From positions 104,333 through 168,332 of the forward strand of contig CAYFHS010000004.1 of NCBI GenBank assembly GCA_964342815.1: a stretch of 64,000 nt of DNA. The letters run 5' to 3'. The DNA is from an uncultured archaeon. Its GTDB lineage: Archaea; Thermoplasmatota; Penumbrarchaeia; JASLWR01. This document shows, one piece after another, positions 17,723 to 27,045 of this stretch. The notes beneath the pieces are model-generated. The model saw nothing but the letters and a program-made list of their open reading frames with translations, was not told where the DNA came from and ran no database searches. How positions within the stretch are numbered: position 1 is the stretch's first letter; the number at the start of each line of letters is the position of its first letter. The position numbers were made by a program, and so were the translations under genes.

Positions 17723-19051
17723 ATGAACCGGAAAAAAGTGCTGATACTTGGAGCGGCCGGAAGAGATTTTCATAATTTTTTAACCTATTTCAAGGATAAT
17801 GACGATTATCGCGTGGTGGCTTTTACAGCCACTCAGATACCGGATATTGACGATAAGACATTTCCCGCCGCCATGGCTGGCTACTTGTACGGGGAAGGTA
17901 TACCTATAGTCTCCGAAAGCGAGATGGAGCATCTTATCAAGATTCATGATGTGGATGAATGTATTTTGGCATACAGCGACTTACCATATGATAGAGTCAT
18001 GAGCATAGCTTCAAGGGTCAATGCGGCAGGAGCGGATTTCAGGTTAATGGGGGCAAAGACCACAATGATCCGATCCGGAAAGCCTCTCATCTCCATATGC
18101 GCCACCAGAACCGGGTGCGGTAAGAGCCAAACCTCTCGTGCGGTGATAAATATTCTCAGGTCTCTTGGTAAAATAGCAGTTGCAATAAGACATCCCATGC
18201 CCTATGGTGATCTCCAGGCCATGGAAGTGCAGCGTTTCGAAACATACGACGATCTGGATAAGCATGATTGCACAATTGAGGAGCGTGAGGAATATGAACC
18301 TCATATAGACAATCAAACGGTGGTTTTCGCAGGAGTGGATTTTAAGAAGATCCTTCGAGAAGCGGAAAAGGAGGCGGACATAATCATTTGGGATGGCGGT
18401 AATAACGATTTTTCATTCTATCACAGCGATCTCTATATCACTGTATTGGATCCGCTTCGGGCGGGTCACGAACTTTCCTATTATCCCGGTGAAACCTCCC
18501 TAAGAATGGCCGACGTAGTTATCATAAACAAGGTTGATGCCGCCGAGGATTCCGATATAGAGAGAGTACGGGAGAATGTAAAACGTATTATGCCCAACGC
18601 TGCCCTCATAGAGGCCGAGTCACCGGTGACAGTAGATGATATCCCGGCTATTCAGGGAAAACGCATTCTTGTTGTGGACGACGGTCCTACTCTCACACAC
18701 GGGGGAATGGCATTCGGCGCAGGTTTCGTTGGCGCGATGAAAGCTGGTGCCGGGGAAATAATCGATCCACGAGAATTCGCCACGGGCTCCTTACAGGATT
18801 TGTTCACGAAATTCCCCCATCTCAAAAAGGTACTTCCTGCAATGGGTTACAGTGTGGTGCAGTGCAGAGAACTGGAAGAAACCATCAACGCATCCGATGC
18901 CGATGTAGTGGTATCCGGCACGCCAATAGACCTACGACGGGTAATCGATCCAAATAAGAGAGTGGTGCGAGTCAGGTATGAGTTGAAACCGGTCAAGGGC
19001 CCCAAACTTGAGGATATTCTTTTAGGATTTGTCAATGAAAAATGCACCTGA
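17723..19051 (+). CDS. COG2403-type P-loop protein (cyclic 2,3-diphosphoglycerate synthetase-like / arginine synthetase ArcE-like)
   Basis: ILGAAGRDFHNF, AFTATQIP, RTGCGKSQTSR, RHPMPYGDL, CTIEEREEYEP, WDGGNND, DGPTLTHGGM. Confidence 0.85.
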   Translation: MNRKKVLILGAAGRDFHNFLTYFKDNDDYRVVAFTATQIPDIDDKTFPAAMAGYLYGEGIPIVSESEMEHLIKIHDVDECILAYSDLPYDRVMSIASRVNAAGADFRLMGAKTTMIRSGKPLISICATRTGCGKSQTSRAVINILRSLGKIAVAIRHPMPYGDLQAMEVQRFETYDDLDKHDCTIEEREEYEPHIDNQTVVFAGVDFKKILREAEKEADIIIWDGGNNDFSFYHSDLYITVLDPLRAGHELSYYPGETSLRMADVVIINKVDAAEDSDIERVRENVKRIMPNAALIEAESPVTVDDIPAIQGKRILVVDDGPTLTHGGMAFGAGFVGAMKAGAGEIIDPREFATGSLQDLFTKFPHLKKVLPAMGYSVVQCRELEETINASDADVVVSGTPIDLRRVIDPNKRVVRVRYELKPVKGPKLEDILLGFVNEKCT

Positions 19052-19072
19052 TCCCTCCAATGACAAATTGTT

Positions 19073-19699
19073 TCAGTATTCGTATTTTTTACCCAGGAGG
19101 GCCGCGATATTTTGCATTATCTTGCCGGTGACCTCACGGGTTGCTTTTTTGTCGTCCCCTCTCCCATAATATTCATTGAAATAGAGGGGTTCGCCGAATA
19201 CAACTTTCGCCTTCAAAAACTTTGGGAACCTTTTCCCCCTGGCCAATATGTTCCATGTGTTGAATATCGCCACAGGGACAACAGGCACCTCAGCCTTGAG
19301 AGCCACTCTTGCGACACCGGTATGACCTTTTCCGAGTTTCTCTCCTTCGAACGTGGTACCTTCGGGAAAGAAAACCACAGCCTTCTTTTTTTTCAGCGCG
19401 TTGATGGCATTCTGCAGCGCTTCATGATCGCCTTTTCCTCTTTCCACCTCTATCTGACCGGTGGCTGTGAAAAGGAATCGGCCAAAACGGTTACTGAAGA
19501 GTTCGGTTTTCGCAAGATAATGAAGCGGTCTCCACATGGATGCGCACAATATTACGGGATCGTAGTAACTGCTGTGGTTCGACGCCAGAATCACGCCCTG
19601 TTTCTTGAGAACGTTCTCCCGCCCGATCACTTCAGTTCTGTGAAGTAATGCGACAAAATAGGAACCTAGAAAATGCAGGGTCCGATATAACCAGGTCAT
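19073..19699 (-). CDS. plsC: 1-acyl-sn-glycerol-3-phosphate acyltransferase (PlsC/LPLAT family)
   Basis: Catalytic NHSSYYD (HX4D), AKTELF, FFPEGT, VPVVPV, KVVFGEP. Confidence 0.88.
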   Translation of the reverse strand: MTWLYRTLHFLGSYFVALLHRTEVIGRENVLKKQGVILASNHSSYYDPVILCASMWRPLHYLAKTELFSNRFGRFLFTATGQIEVERGKGDHEALQNAINALKKKKAVVFFPEGTTFEGEKLGKGHTGVARVALKAEVPVVPVAIFNTWNILARGKRFPKFLKAKVVFGEPLYFNEYYGRGDDKKATREVTGKIMQNIAALLGKKYEY

Positions 19700-19999
19700 A
19701 GATGCACCTATTCTACCTTAACGAAAAGAGTATCCTTGAAATCATTAAAAAAACTACCGTATTCATTTTTCGTATGTCCTACTCCATATTGCTGTTTCAC
19801 TTCCTGTGCCATTAACGTTTTCGGGAAAGAACACATGAATCATCTAGCTTCACACTTCCGTCTGAGCTCTGTTTTGAGTGAAATATATTTATAGGATTAC
19901 CGGGCATTGCTCGTAAACCGATTACCTGGTGAACAGTACTGATTCCCAAGTGGGTGGAAAGTACGACTATCAACATACTGTAAAGATTGTGGGAATAAG

Positions 20000-20782
20000 A
20001 TGACCAAGCACATCACAGATATTTTTGCGGATACTTTCAATAAAGCTTATGAGAAGAAGCTTCTTGAGATGGTGAAAGGTGGGAAGATACCTCATCATCT
20101 GGCTATAATAATGGATGGTAACCGGCGTTACGCAGAGAGCAGGGGCGATCCTCCTATCATGGGGCACGAATACGGAAGGGAGAAACTGAAGGAACTGCTG
20201 CAGTGGTGCCTGGATCTGGATATCAAGGTCTTAACGGTATACGCTTTCTCTACCGAGAACTTCAACCGTACTGCTGAGGAAGTGAACACTCTCATGAATA
20301 TGTTTGCAGAGAATTTTTACAAATTCGCCGAGGATGAAAAAGTAATGGAATACGGTATCAGATTAAGAGTGCTGGGTGATCCGAACGTCCTTCCCAAAAC
20401 AGTACGGGAGTCAATAGAAAATGCCGTGGAGAAAACCAAGGGCAATGAAAATTATTCATTCAACATGGCAGTCGGATACGGCGGACGGGAGGAGATAACC
20501 AACGCAATGAAGAAAATTGCTCGCGACATCGAGGCAAAGAAGATCAAGGTGGAGGATATCGACAAGGATCTCATATCTTCACATCTCTATACCCATGATC
20601 TTCCTGACCCGGACCTGATCCTCCGGACCAGCGGAGAGGTGAGGCTGTCGAACTTCCTGCTGTGGCAGCTGGCTTATTCCGAGTTCTATTTCACGGACGT
20701 TTACTGGCCCGGTTTCACCAAGATCGAGTTTTTACGTGCGATACACTCTTACCAATTGCGATTACGGCGATTCGGGAAATAA
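20000..20782 (+). CDS. uppS: cis-prenyltransferase (polyprenyl diphosphate synthase)
   Basis: HLAIIMDGNRR, YAFSTENFNR, YGGREEI, DLILRTSGEVRLSNFLLWQLAYSE. Confidence 0.95.
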   Translation: MTKHITDIFADTFNKAYEKKLLEMVKGGKIPHHLAIIMDGNRRYAESRGDPPIMGHEYGREKLKELLQWCLDLDIKVLTVYAFSTENFNRTAEEVNTLMNMFAENFYKFAEDEKVMEYGIRLRVLGDPNVLPKTVRESIENAVEKTKGNENYSFNMAVGYGGREEITNAMKKIARDIEAKKIKVEDIDKDLISSHLYTHDLPDPDLILRTSGEVRLSNFLLWQLAYSEFYFTDVYWPGFTKIEFLRAIHSYQLRLRRFGK

Positions 20783-20799
20783 TTTTTTTACGAAACAAA

Positions 20800-21180
20800 A
20801 TGAAGGATCATAGAGGTGAGGGAGTTCTGAAAGGATTGACCACAACCGGCATCGACCTTGACTTGGCGGATATAATGGATCCCAACGATCCCCGGATGAG
20901 AAAATTCAGGAGCGATCTACTCGGTATGGATTATTCTGAAAAGGAATTAAGAGCCAATGAGCTCAGCAAACGTTACGGTTTCAATCCCACCCAGTCGAGA
21001 AAGATTTCTAGGGTACTGAATGAACTGGCAAAACGAAATTTGTGGAGTGAATCGACGGCGGCAACCAAGTCAGTTTCTGGGAGTGACGGGAATGTATCCA
21101 TTGACGGCCCTTCCGAGGACACTTCTGATTTTGCCACAGCCGCGCCTGGTCCACGGATAGTAAAGAAGAAGACGATCTGA
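20800..21180 (+). CDS. Hypothetical protein (126 aa)
   Basis: ATG 18 bp after the uppS stop, on the same strand; no recognisable motif. Confidence 0.55.
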   Translation: MKDHRGEGVLKGLTTTGIDLDLADIMDPNDPRMRKFRSDLLGMDYSEKELRANELSKRYGFNPTQSRKISRVLNELAKRNLWSESTAATKSVSGSDGNVSIDGPSEDTSDFATAAPGPRIVKKKTI

Positions 21181-21451
21181 TGAAAAACCACTTTTTATAC
21201 CCTCCGGCCCCAAATCCCCCCCCCAAAAAGCGGCCCAAAACTACTTTTTTGGAAAAAGCAGCCCAAAAAAAGAAGAGAAATGTGATTTCAAGATGGCAAA
21301 AAAGAGGGAGGAAAGCAATACAATATGACAAAAAAAGATGAGGTTTCATACTTTATTAACAATAAAAAATAGGACATAAAGTCAGCGAACAGTCAATTGA
21401 ACAGGAAACTTAATATTGTGTAAGTATTATCGTCAACTCCCGTTGATATCT

Positions 21452-23071
21452 ATGAAGTTCATCATAGTAACGGGCGGTGTTCTTTCCGGTTTGGGCAAGG
21501 GAGTCATTACTTCTTCTCTCGGTCTTTTGCTTAAACAGTGCGAATACAAGGTTACGGTCGTGAAGGTTGATCCCTATCTGAACGTTGACGCGGGTACCAT
21601 GAATCCCTTCGAGCACGGCGAGGTGTTCGTTCTTGACGATGGGACCGAGGTCGATCTGGATCTGGGTAACTACGAGCGTTTTTTGGATATGGAACTTACC
21701 GGTGAGCACAATATCACCACCGGCAAGGTCTACAAGGCCGTGATCGAGAAGGAGCGGAGAGGCGATTTTCTCGGTGCCACGGTCCAGATCATTCCACATA
21801 TCGTAAATGAGATAATCGAGCGTATCGAGCGGGTGGCTGAGGATACCGGATCAGATATAACTCTGGTGGAGATGGGCGGAACGGTGGGGGATATCGAATC
21901 CATGCCCTTTTTGGAGGCGGTAAGGGAGTTGAAGAACAAACACGGCAGAGAGAACGTTCTGGTGGTGCATGCAACCCTGGTACCGGTTATGGGTGTTGTT
22001 GGGGAGCAGAAGACCAAACCGACCCAGCATTCCGTGAAGGAATTGATGCGAATCGGAATTCAGCCGGATATTATCGTGTGCAGATCCACCGAACCTCTGG
22101 AGGAGAGGTCGAAGAAGAAGATCTCGCAGTTCTGCAATGTACAGGAGAATGCGATTTTCACCTCTCACGATGTAAAGATAGTGCATCAGGTACCGCTGTT
22201 GTTCGAAGAGCAGAAGGTCACTTCCGTTGTCGAAAAGAAATTGAAGCTTATTCCAAAGGACCCCGATCTTGTCCAATGGAAGGATTACGTGGCGAGATCG
22301 ACATCCCCCAGCGAAAGGGTGCGGATCGCTCTTGTGGGCAAGTACACAGGTCTGAAGGATTCCTACATCTCCCATTTGAAGGCGCTGACGCATGCAAGTG
22401 CTGCTTTGGGTGCAGTTCCCGAGATAGTATGGTTCGATTCCGAGAAGGTGGTGCGGGACGGAGAAAAAAATATTGGCTCGGGACTTGCAGCTTTGGAGGA
22501 TGTTGACGGTATCTTGATACCGGGCGGTTTCGGTTTCAGAGGAATAGAGGGAAAGATAGAGACGGCGAGAATAGCCAGGACCAAAGAGATACCGTTCCTT
22601 GGAATCTGCCTGGGATTTCAGGTCTCGGTGATCGAGTTCTCACGTAACGTTTTGGACCTGCGAGGTGCCAACAGCAGCGAATTCGATTCCGGGACGGAAC
22701 ATCCGGTCATCGACCTGCTGCCGGAGCAGATGGATGTGGATGCAAAGGGGGCAACCATGCGGAGAGGGGCGCATTCGGTTCTGATAAGGAGCGGTACCAT
22801 GGCTCATGATATTTATGGGGCTGGAGTAATTAGGGAGCGGCATCGTCACCGCTACGAGGTCAATCCAGAATACATAAAGATGATCGAGAATGCGGGTTTT
22901 AAATTCTCAGCCACTTCGAAGGACGGAGTGAGGATGGAGATCGGAGAATTGAAGGGATCATCATTTCATGTGGGTTGCCAGTTCCATCCAGAGTTTTTAA
23001 CAAGACCCACCAGACCCGCGCCGCTGTTCTTGAGGTTTTTAGAGGAAGCATTGAAGCGGAAACGGGGATAG
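21452..23071 (+). CDS. pyrG: CTP synthase
   Basis: TGGVLSGLGKG, DPYLNVDAGTMNPFEHGEV, GGTVGDIES, KTKPTQHSV, GICLG, RHRHRYEVN, CQFHPE. Confidence 0.97.
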   Translation: MKFIIVTGGVLSGLGKGVITSSLGLLLKQCEYKVTVVKVDPYLNVDAGTMNPFEHGEVFVLDDGTEVDLDLGNYERFLDMELTGEHNITTGKVYKAVIEKERRGDFLGATVQIIPHIVNEIIERIERVAEDTGSDITLVEMGGTVGDIESMPFLEAVRELKNKHGRENVLVVHATLVPVMGVVGEQKTKPTQHSVKELMRIGIQPDIIVCRSTEPLEERSKKKISQFCNVQENAIFTSHDVKIVHQVPLLFEEQKVTSVVEKKLKLIPKDPDLVQWKDYVARSTSPSERVRIALVGKYTGLKDSYISHLKALTHASAALGAVPEIVWFDSEKVVRDGEKNIGSGLAALEDVDGILIPGGFGFRGIEGKIETARIARTKEIPFLGICLGFQVSVIEFSRNVLDLRGANSSEFDSGTEHPVIDLLPEQMDVDAKGATMRRGAHSVLIRSGTMAHDIYGAGVIRERHRHRYEVNPEYIKMIENAGFKFSATSKDGVRMEIGELKGSSFHVGCQFHPEFLTRPTRPAPLFLRFLEEALKRKRG

Positions 23072-23117
23072 GAAGAGTCGTTGTGATCTATTTTCATTGT
23101 TTTTATACAGAAAGTTT

Positions 23118-23170
23118 AATATAATGAACGTTCGCTTAATTTGCTGAACGATAATTCAATATAATGAACG
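23118..23170 (+). promoter_or_regulatory. Direct repeats in the MNT-HEPN promoter, possible autoregulatory operator
   Basis: AATATAATGAACG at 23118-23130 and 23158-23170; partial TGAACG at 23145-23150. Confidence 0.4.
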
Positions 23171-23178
23171 GTGAGAAT

Positions 23179-23730
23179 ATGTTCGATTTCTTCAGCAAAT
23201 ATGCATATTGGAAAGTGCTTCGTTACTTCGCGCTGAATTCATCTTCGAAGGTCTATGTTAATGAACTTTCACGTAAACTGATTATAAGTGCCGGGATGTG
23301 CAGTATAATTCTGAGAGAACTCGCGGCCTCAAAAATATTAGTAAAGAAAAAACGGGGAACTGCACATTTTTACTGTCTGGAGAATAATTATTTAACCAAC
23401 GAATTGAAGCGGTTTATAGGGTTGTTCCACATATCCCGGAGCGGGTTGGTCGAAAGAATAAGTTCCGGAGTATCATCACCTATTTCCATTGCACTTTATG
23501 GAAGTTATGCCGCTGGAGACTTCACCGAACAAAGCGACATTGATATCCTTCTTATAACTCAAGAAAAAACACAAGAAAATTTCGTGGAATTTGAGAATAC
23601 GTTGGATATCGAAATAAATATGGAGAAATTCACTGTTGGTCAATGGTTAAAAATGAAGAAAGAGAAACATCCCTTTTATGAAATGGTACGGAGAGATCAC
23701 GTTTTACTTTATGGTGGTGAACTACCATGA
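23179..23730 (+). CDS. wHTH + minimal nucleotidyltransferase (MNT) antitoxin
   Basis: N-terminal YVNELSRKL wHTH; LYGSYAAG...SDIDIL. Overlaps the HEPN gene (ATGA). Confidence 0.88.
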   Translation: MFDFFSKYAYWKVLRYFALNSSSKVYVNELSRKLIISAGMCSIILRELAASKILVKKKRGTAHFYCLENNYLTNELKRFIGLFHISRSGLVERISSGVSSPISIALYGSYAAGDFTEQSDIDILLITQEKTQENFVEFENTLDIEINMEKFTVGQWLKMKKEKHPFYEMVRRDHVLLYGGELP

Positions 23731-24185
23731 ATATAAAAAATTGTTTCAAAAAAGGATTGCTGAGAAAATGTGATTTTTCCAGTGAGATCGCAGCCAAAGA
23801 GATAGAGAATGCAAAGAGGCATTTGAAAAATGCATCACACTGTTTTGAAGATGAGATATTTGATTTGGCCATAGTATCGGTTTATACTTCGATGTTCCAT
23901 GCAGCAAGAGCAATACTTTTTAGAGACGGCATCAAGGAGAGAAGTCATATATGTGTAATGATCTATATCAAGGAGGAATATTCCCATCTTAAAGAATATG
24001 CCACTATACTGGACACCTATCGACGAAGCAGGCATACAATGCTTTATGGTATCGATGTTGATATGATTGCAGATGACGCAAGTCAAGGGATAAGTTTGGC
24101 TGAAGAATTCATAATTGCCATAGAAAAAGAGTTAAACGTAGGAAGTCAAGACAAAGGTGAAGATAACTCGAAAATAACCACATAA
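23727..24185 (+). CDS. HEPN-domain protein, toxin partner of the MNT
   Basis: YTSMFHAARAIL, ERSH, YRRSRHTMLYG. Confidence 0.85.
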   Translation: MNIKNCFKKGLLRKCDFSSEIAAKEIENAKRHLKNASHCFEDEIFDLAIVSVYTSMFHAARAILFRDGIKERSHICVMIYIKEEYSHLKEYATILDTYRRSRHTMLYGIDVDMIADDASQGISLAEEFIIAIEKELNVGSQDKGEDNSKITT

Positions 24186-24350
24186 TATTACTCAAATCTT
24201 TTCCAGTATCGATGAGTGGACGAAAATATCCTATTTCCATTTAGGTTTCTTAGATATTATTCTTTTAGAAAGTGTGTTCCAGTATTGGTCGGATATGAGG
24301 TAATTATATATGCCACATAATATCATAATTCTATATAGTGGTGGTGTATC

Positions 24351-24536
24351 AGGAGTGAAGTTACAACGATTCAACTTAGGAAGGCGACTCGCGATGAACT
24401 CCGAGAATTCGGGATAAAAGGAGAATCCTATGTTGATGTTATCCACAAATTGATGGATGCCGGGAGAAAAATAGCATTTTTTGAAGATATTGACCGCATA
24501 CTTGAGACAGAGGAGTTTGTTCCACTTGACACGTAA
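24351..24536 (+). pseudogene. Archaeal RHH-like antitoxin upstream of relE; the expected start codon reads AGG
   Basis: Manual translation (AGG)SEVTTIQLRKATRDELREFGIKGESYVDVIHKLMDAGRKIAFFEDIDRILETEEFVPLDT*. GGTGGTG RBS precedes it; in-frame TAG at 24336 and no canonical start upstream of the conserved TTIQL motif. Confidence 0.7.
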
Positions 24537-24595
24537 AGACGGGAACAAAGTGACTGTCTTCTTGGTAAAGTTGAGCCAGAATGGGTCGGCTTTAC
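24533..24595 (+). repeat. Family A element, copy 1 (63 bp), GTAAAG...CTTTAC followed by NN-GTAAAG
   Basis: 38-bp block and 21-bp block identical to the reverse complement of 46062-46188. Confidence 0.85.
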
Positions 24596-24641
24596 GAGTA
24601 AAGACACACCTGATGCCATGTCTAACGTGACAAGTGGTGAC

Positions 24642-25013
24642 TTGTCAAGATATGAGGTTTTCCTTTCTGAAACTGCCAGACTGCAACTCAAACGTTTGCC
24701 TGCCGATTTACAGGAACGTATAAAAGTAGCGTTAGCCGAGTTGAATGATTCAACGGAATCGACCCTTTGGGATCACGATTCCGCGAACATTATCAAGCTG
24801 CAAACATCGACTTTTTGTCGAGGTTTGCACCATGGACAATATGATCCATATAGGCCGCGATCAAAAGCAGATATCAAGAAAATAAAAGGGCCAAAAAGAG
24901 ACTATTATCGACTAAGAATCGGAAATTTCAGAGCAATGTACGTAGTTGAAGGAAACAATGTTAAGGTGGCAAAAATATTAGCCCTAAGTACTGCTTATAA
25001 CTGGATTGATTGA
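24642..25013 (+). CDS. relE: RelE/ParE-family toxin carrying an in-frame insertion of about 31 codons
   Basis: SRYEVFLSETA...RIKVALAEL[insert]DPYRPRSKADIKKIKG...YYRLRIGNFRAMY. TTG start after GGTGA. Confidence 0.8.
   Translation: MSRYEVFLSETARLQLKRLPADLQERIKVALAELNDSTESTLWDHDSANIIKLQTSTFCRGLHHGQYDPYRPRSKADIKKIKGPKRDYYRLRIGNFRAMYVVEGNNVKVAKILALSTAYNWID
24750..24840 (+). mobile_element. Family C short copy (91 bp) inserted in frame in relE, flanked by AT
   Basis: Homologous to 17341-17490. Hairpins GGAATCG/CGATTCC and TGCAAAC-A-TCGAC-TTTTT-GTCGA-G-GTTTGCA. Confidence 0.75.
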
Positions 25014-25201
25014 TGTATTAGCCTTTATGGATGTCTCTAACCACTGGTTATACTTGAGTTTATGAATAAATTTCCATGTTTATTCAATGTGAGCCTTGGC
25101 GTGGATACAATCATCGTATCCCAAAAAAAGATAAATTGAAGAATAATTACAAATGTTTAAATATTCTCACGACTAATGATAATGTATAAGGGTGTGAAAA
25201 A

Positions 25202-25423
25202 ATGGAAGGACGATTCACAGCAGTTTTTGAAAAAGACGGGGATTGGTGGATCGGGTATGTCGAAGAGTTACCCGGCGCTAATACGCAGGGAAAAACATTG
25301 GAGGAAGCCCGAGAGAATTTAAAGGAAGCCATAACGCTGGTCCTTGAAGCAAATCGGCAAATAACACTGGAAGAATTAGAAGGAAAAGAGTTCATCCGAG
25401 AGGAAATTATGGTGACCGCATAA
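25202..25423 (+). CDS. hicB: HicB-family antitoxin
   Basis: FTAVFEKDGDWWIGYVEELPGANTQGKTLEEARENLKEAI. Confidence 0.9.
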   Translation: MEGRFTAVFEKDGDWWIGYVEELPGANTQGKTLEEARENLKEAITLVLEANRQITLEELEGKEFIREEIMVTA

Positions 25424-25608
25424 TGAAGCGACGTATATTAATTTCACATCTTGAGAAACATGGATGTGTGTTTCTTCGGGAAGGGGGGAATCATACGATA
25501 TTTATTAACCCGGTTTTAAAAAGGGTTTCCTCCATTCCAAGGCATACCGAAATATCAAATTTCTTGGCAAGAAAAATTTGTAAGGATTTAGGAATCCCCT
25601 TACCGTGA
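25423..25608 (+). CDS. hicA: HicA-family toxin
   Basis: LEKHGCVFLREGGNHTIF...IPRHTEI...ICKDLGI; coupled to hicB. Confidence 0.9.
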   Translation: MKRRILISHLEKHGCVFLREGGNHTIFINPVLKRVSSIPRHTEISNFLARKICKDLGIPLP

Positions 25609-25659
25609 TGCGCGTCAGCGTTCTCAAGGAAAAGTAAGTGTTCCCCGTAAATGTGTAAT

Positions 25660-26269
25660 CATCTTACCATAGAAAATAAGTAGTGGGTGGGACAATATAT
25701 TACACAAATTATTCTCTTGGGGGTATAAAATAGATAATCATCAATTATGGCTCCTCATTGATAGAGGAGGCATGGGTGGGGGTGGGAAATTACCATATAA
25801 ACAAGTGATTTATGGAATAGAGGAATGGGGGAAATTATTTAGAGGAGACGATACCTATTTTAAATATGATCGTTATAATATATTTCATTATGCTGTTTTT
25901 GTGAATGAATATGAAACGGATGCTTTTTTTTCAAAATCAGGATACGGCGAGTTTGGAGGTGATTATTTTCTAATAGCTAATGTAGACTGGAAAGCAAATG
26001 CACCAATCTTCGATTCATCTAGTAAGGCAGTTAGACAAGCTAGTATTTTTATGCATGAACTAGGACATAATTTATGATTATTCTAAAAAAATGATGGAAC
26101 TTATCCAGATCCACCCCTTGAAGGCGATGGAGAAATGCCGATATTTTGGGGACAATATTTCTCTCAAACCGTTATGAATTATTATTGGTTATTTAAAATA
26201 GTAAAATATACAAATAATGAATGGAATATGGTGAAAGAAAGATTGAATTATTTTACTCTATCCGATTAA
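25660..26269 (+). pseudogene. Zinc-metalloprotease fragment (HELGH), N-terminally truncated, with two in-frame stops
   Basis: ...IDRGGMGGGG...FMHELGHNL*LF*KNDGTYP...TVMNY...EW...*. AT-rich; left boundary approximate. Confidence 0.6.
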
Positions 26270-26286
26270 TGCCGGAGAATCTACAA

Positions 26287-26787
26287 ATGACAAATAAAGA
26301 AACAAAACAAATAGTGAAAGTATATATAATTCCTGTTATTATAATCGCTATTTTAGGGTGTACATTTATATTTTTTATGTTTTTTATTGTTAGTTGGAAT
26401 GATGTTTTATTAGCTAGGCCTCCTTTAGATTTAAGTATAAAAGATGCTAATAGCACAACTGAAATGATTGAAAATAACATTTTATTTGAGAAGGGAGAAG
26501 AGATCATAGAGTTAACTCAAACCAACGGAGAACCTATTGAATGGAACGAATTGAATATTATATCAACAGTTCAGCCTTATAAAAAATCTATTGAAATGGA
26601 AGTTCTTTCAATATCGGGAATTCCATTTCAATTGCGTAAAATTTCAAAAACGGGCGATACAATATTAATTGGAATAAAATATGAATCTGATAATGGTCTT
26701 ATTAAGAAAAATGATATTATCCATTTAGACATATATAACAAATTGCATTATGTTTGGACGTCTCCTAATGATATTGAAGTATTATGA
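26287..26787 (+). CDS. Single-TM membrane protein, possibly with a pilin-like C-terminal domain
   Basis: One long hydrophobic N-terminal helix, then PPLDLSIKD...NGEPIEWNELNI; AT-rich. Confidence 0.6.
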   Translation: MTNKETKQIVKVYIIPVIIIAILGCTFIFFMFFIVSWNDVLLARPPLDLSIKDANSTTEMIENNILFEKGEEIIELTQTNGEPIEWNELNIISTVQPYKKSIEMEVLSISGIPFQLRKISKTGDTILIGIKYESDNGLIKKNDIIHLDIYNKLHYVWTSPNDIEVL

Positions 26788-26856
26788 GAGAAATCCAACC
26801 AATTATTTCATAAACAGTTGTAGCCGAAAAGAAAATTTCACAGCCTATTGGCTTAT

Positions 26857-27045
26857 ATTCCCCCTGCGTTATCGCTAAACGTCTCCGATCCGGGCCGGTG
26901 GGGGCCGTCAGATGAATCGGTGAATCAAGATTCACCTTCACCCGTAGATTTCGGAAACGAAATCGAGGGTGTAGCAACACCGGAGGAGTTGCGTAATGAA
27001 ATGGTCATCCTCGAAACCAGACGGTTTCTGCGGACAGGGGGGAAT
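26857..27045. mobile_element. Family B element, long copy (189 bp), with ATTCCCCCTG/CAGGGGGGAAT terminal inverted repeats
   Basis: First 33 nt nearly identical to 27723-27756. Internal hairpins GGTGAATC-AA-GATTCACC, CACCC..GATTTCG-GAAA-CGAAATC..GGGTG and GAAACC-AGAC-GGTTTC. Confidence 0.7.

Noticed and set aside
19790-19860. Second possible C/D-box sRNA on the minus strand
   Set aside because: The boxes are degenerate (ATGATT, GTGA), with no convincing C' box or terminal stem.
24231-24691. Minus-strand ORFs 24231-24548 and 24428-24691
   Set aside because: They are shadows of the plus-strand antitoxin/relE unit and the repeat, with no motifs.
26075-26086. Selenocysteine or readthrough at the TGA after HELGHNL
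   Set aside because: A TAA follows three codons later and the gene is also N-terminally truncated; simple decay explains it.
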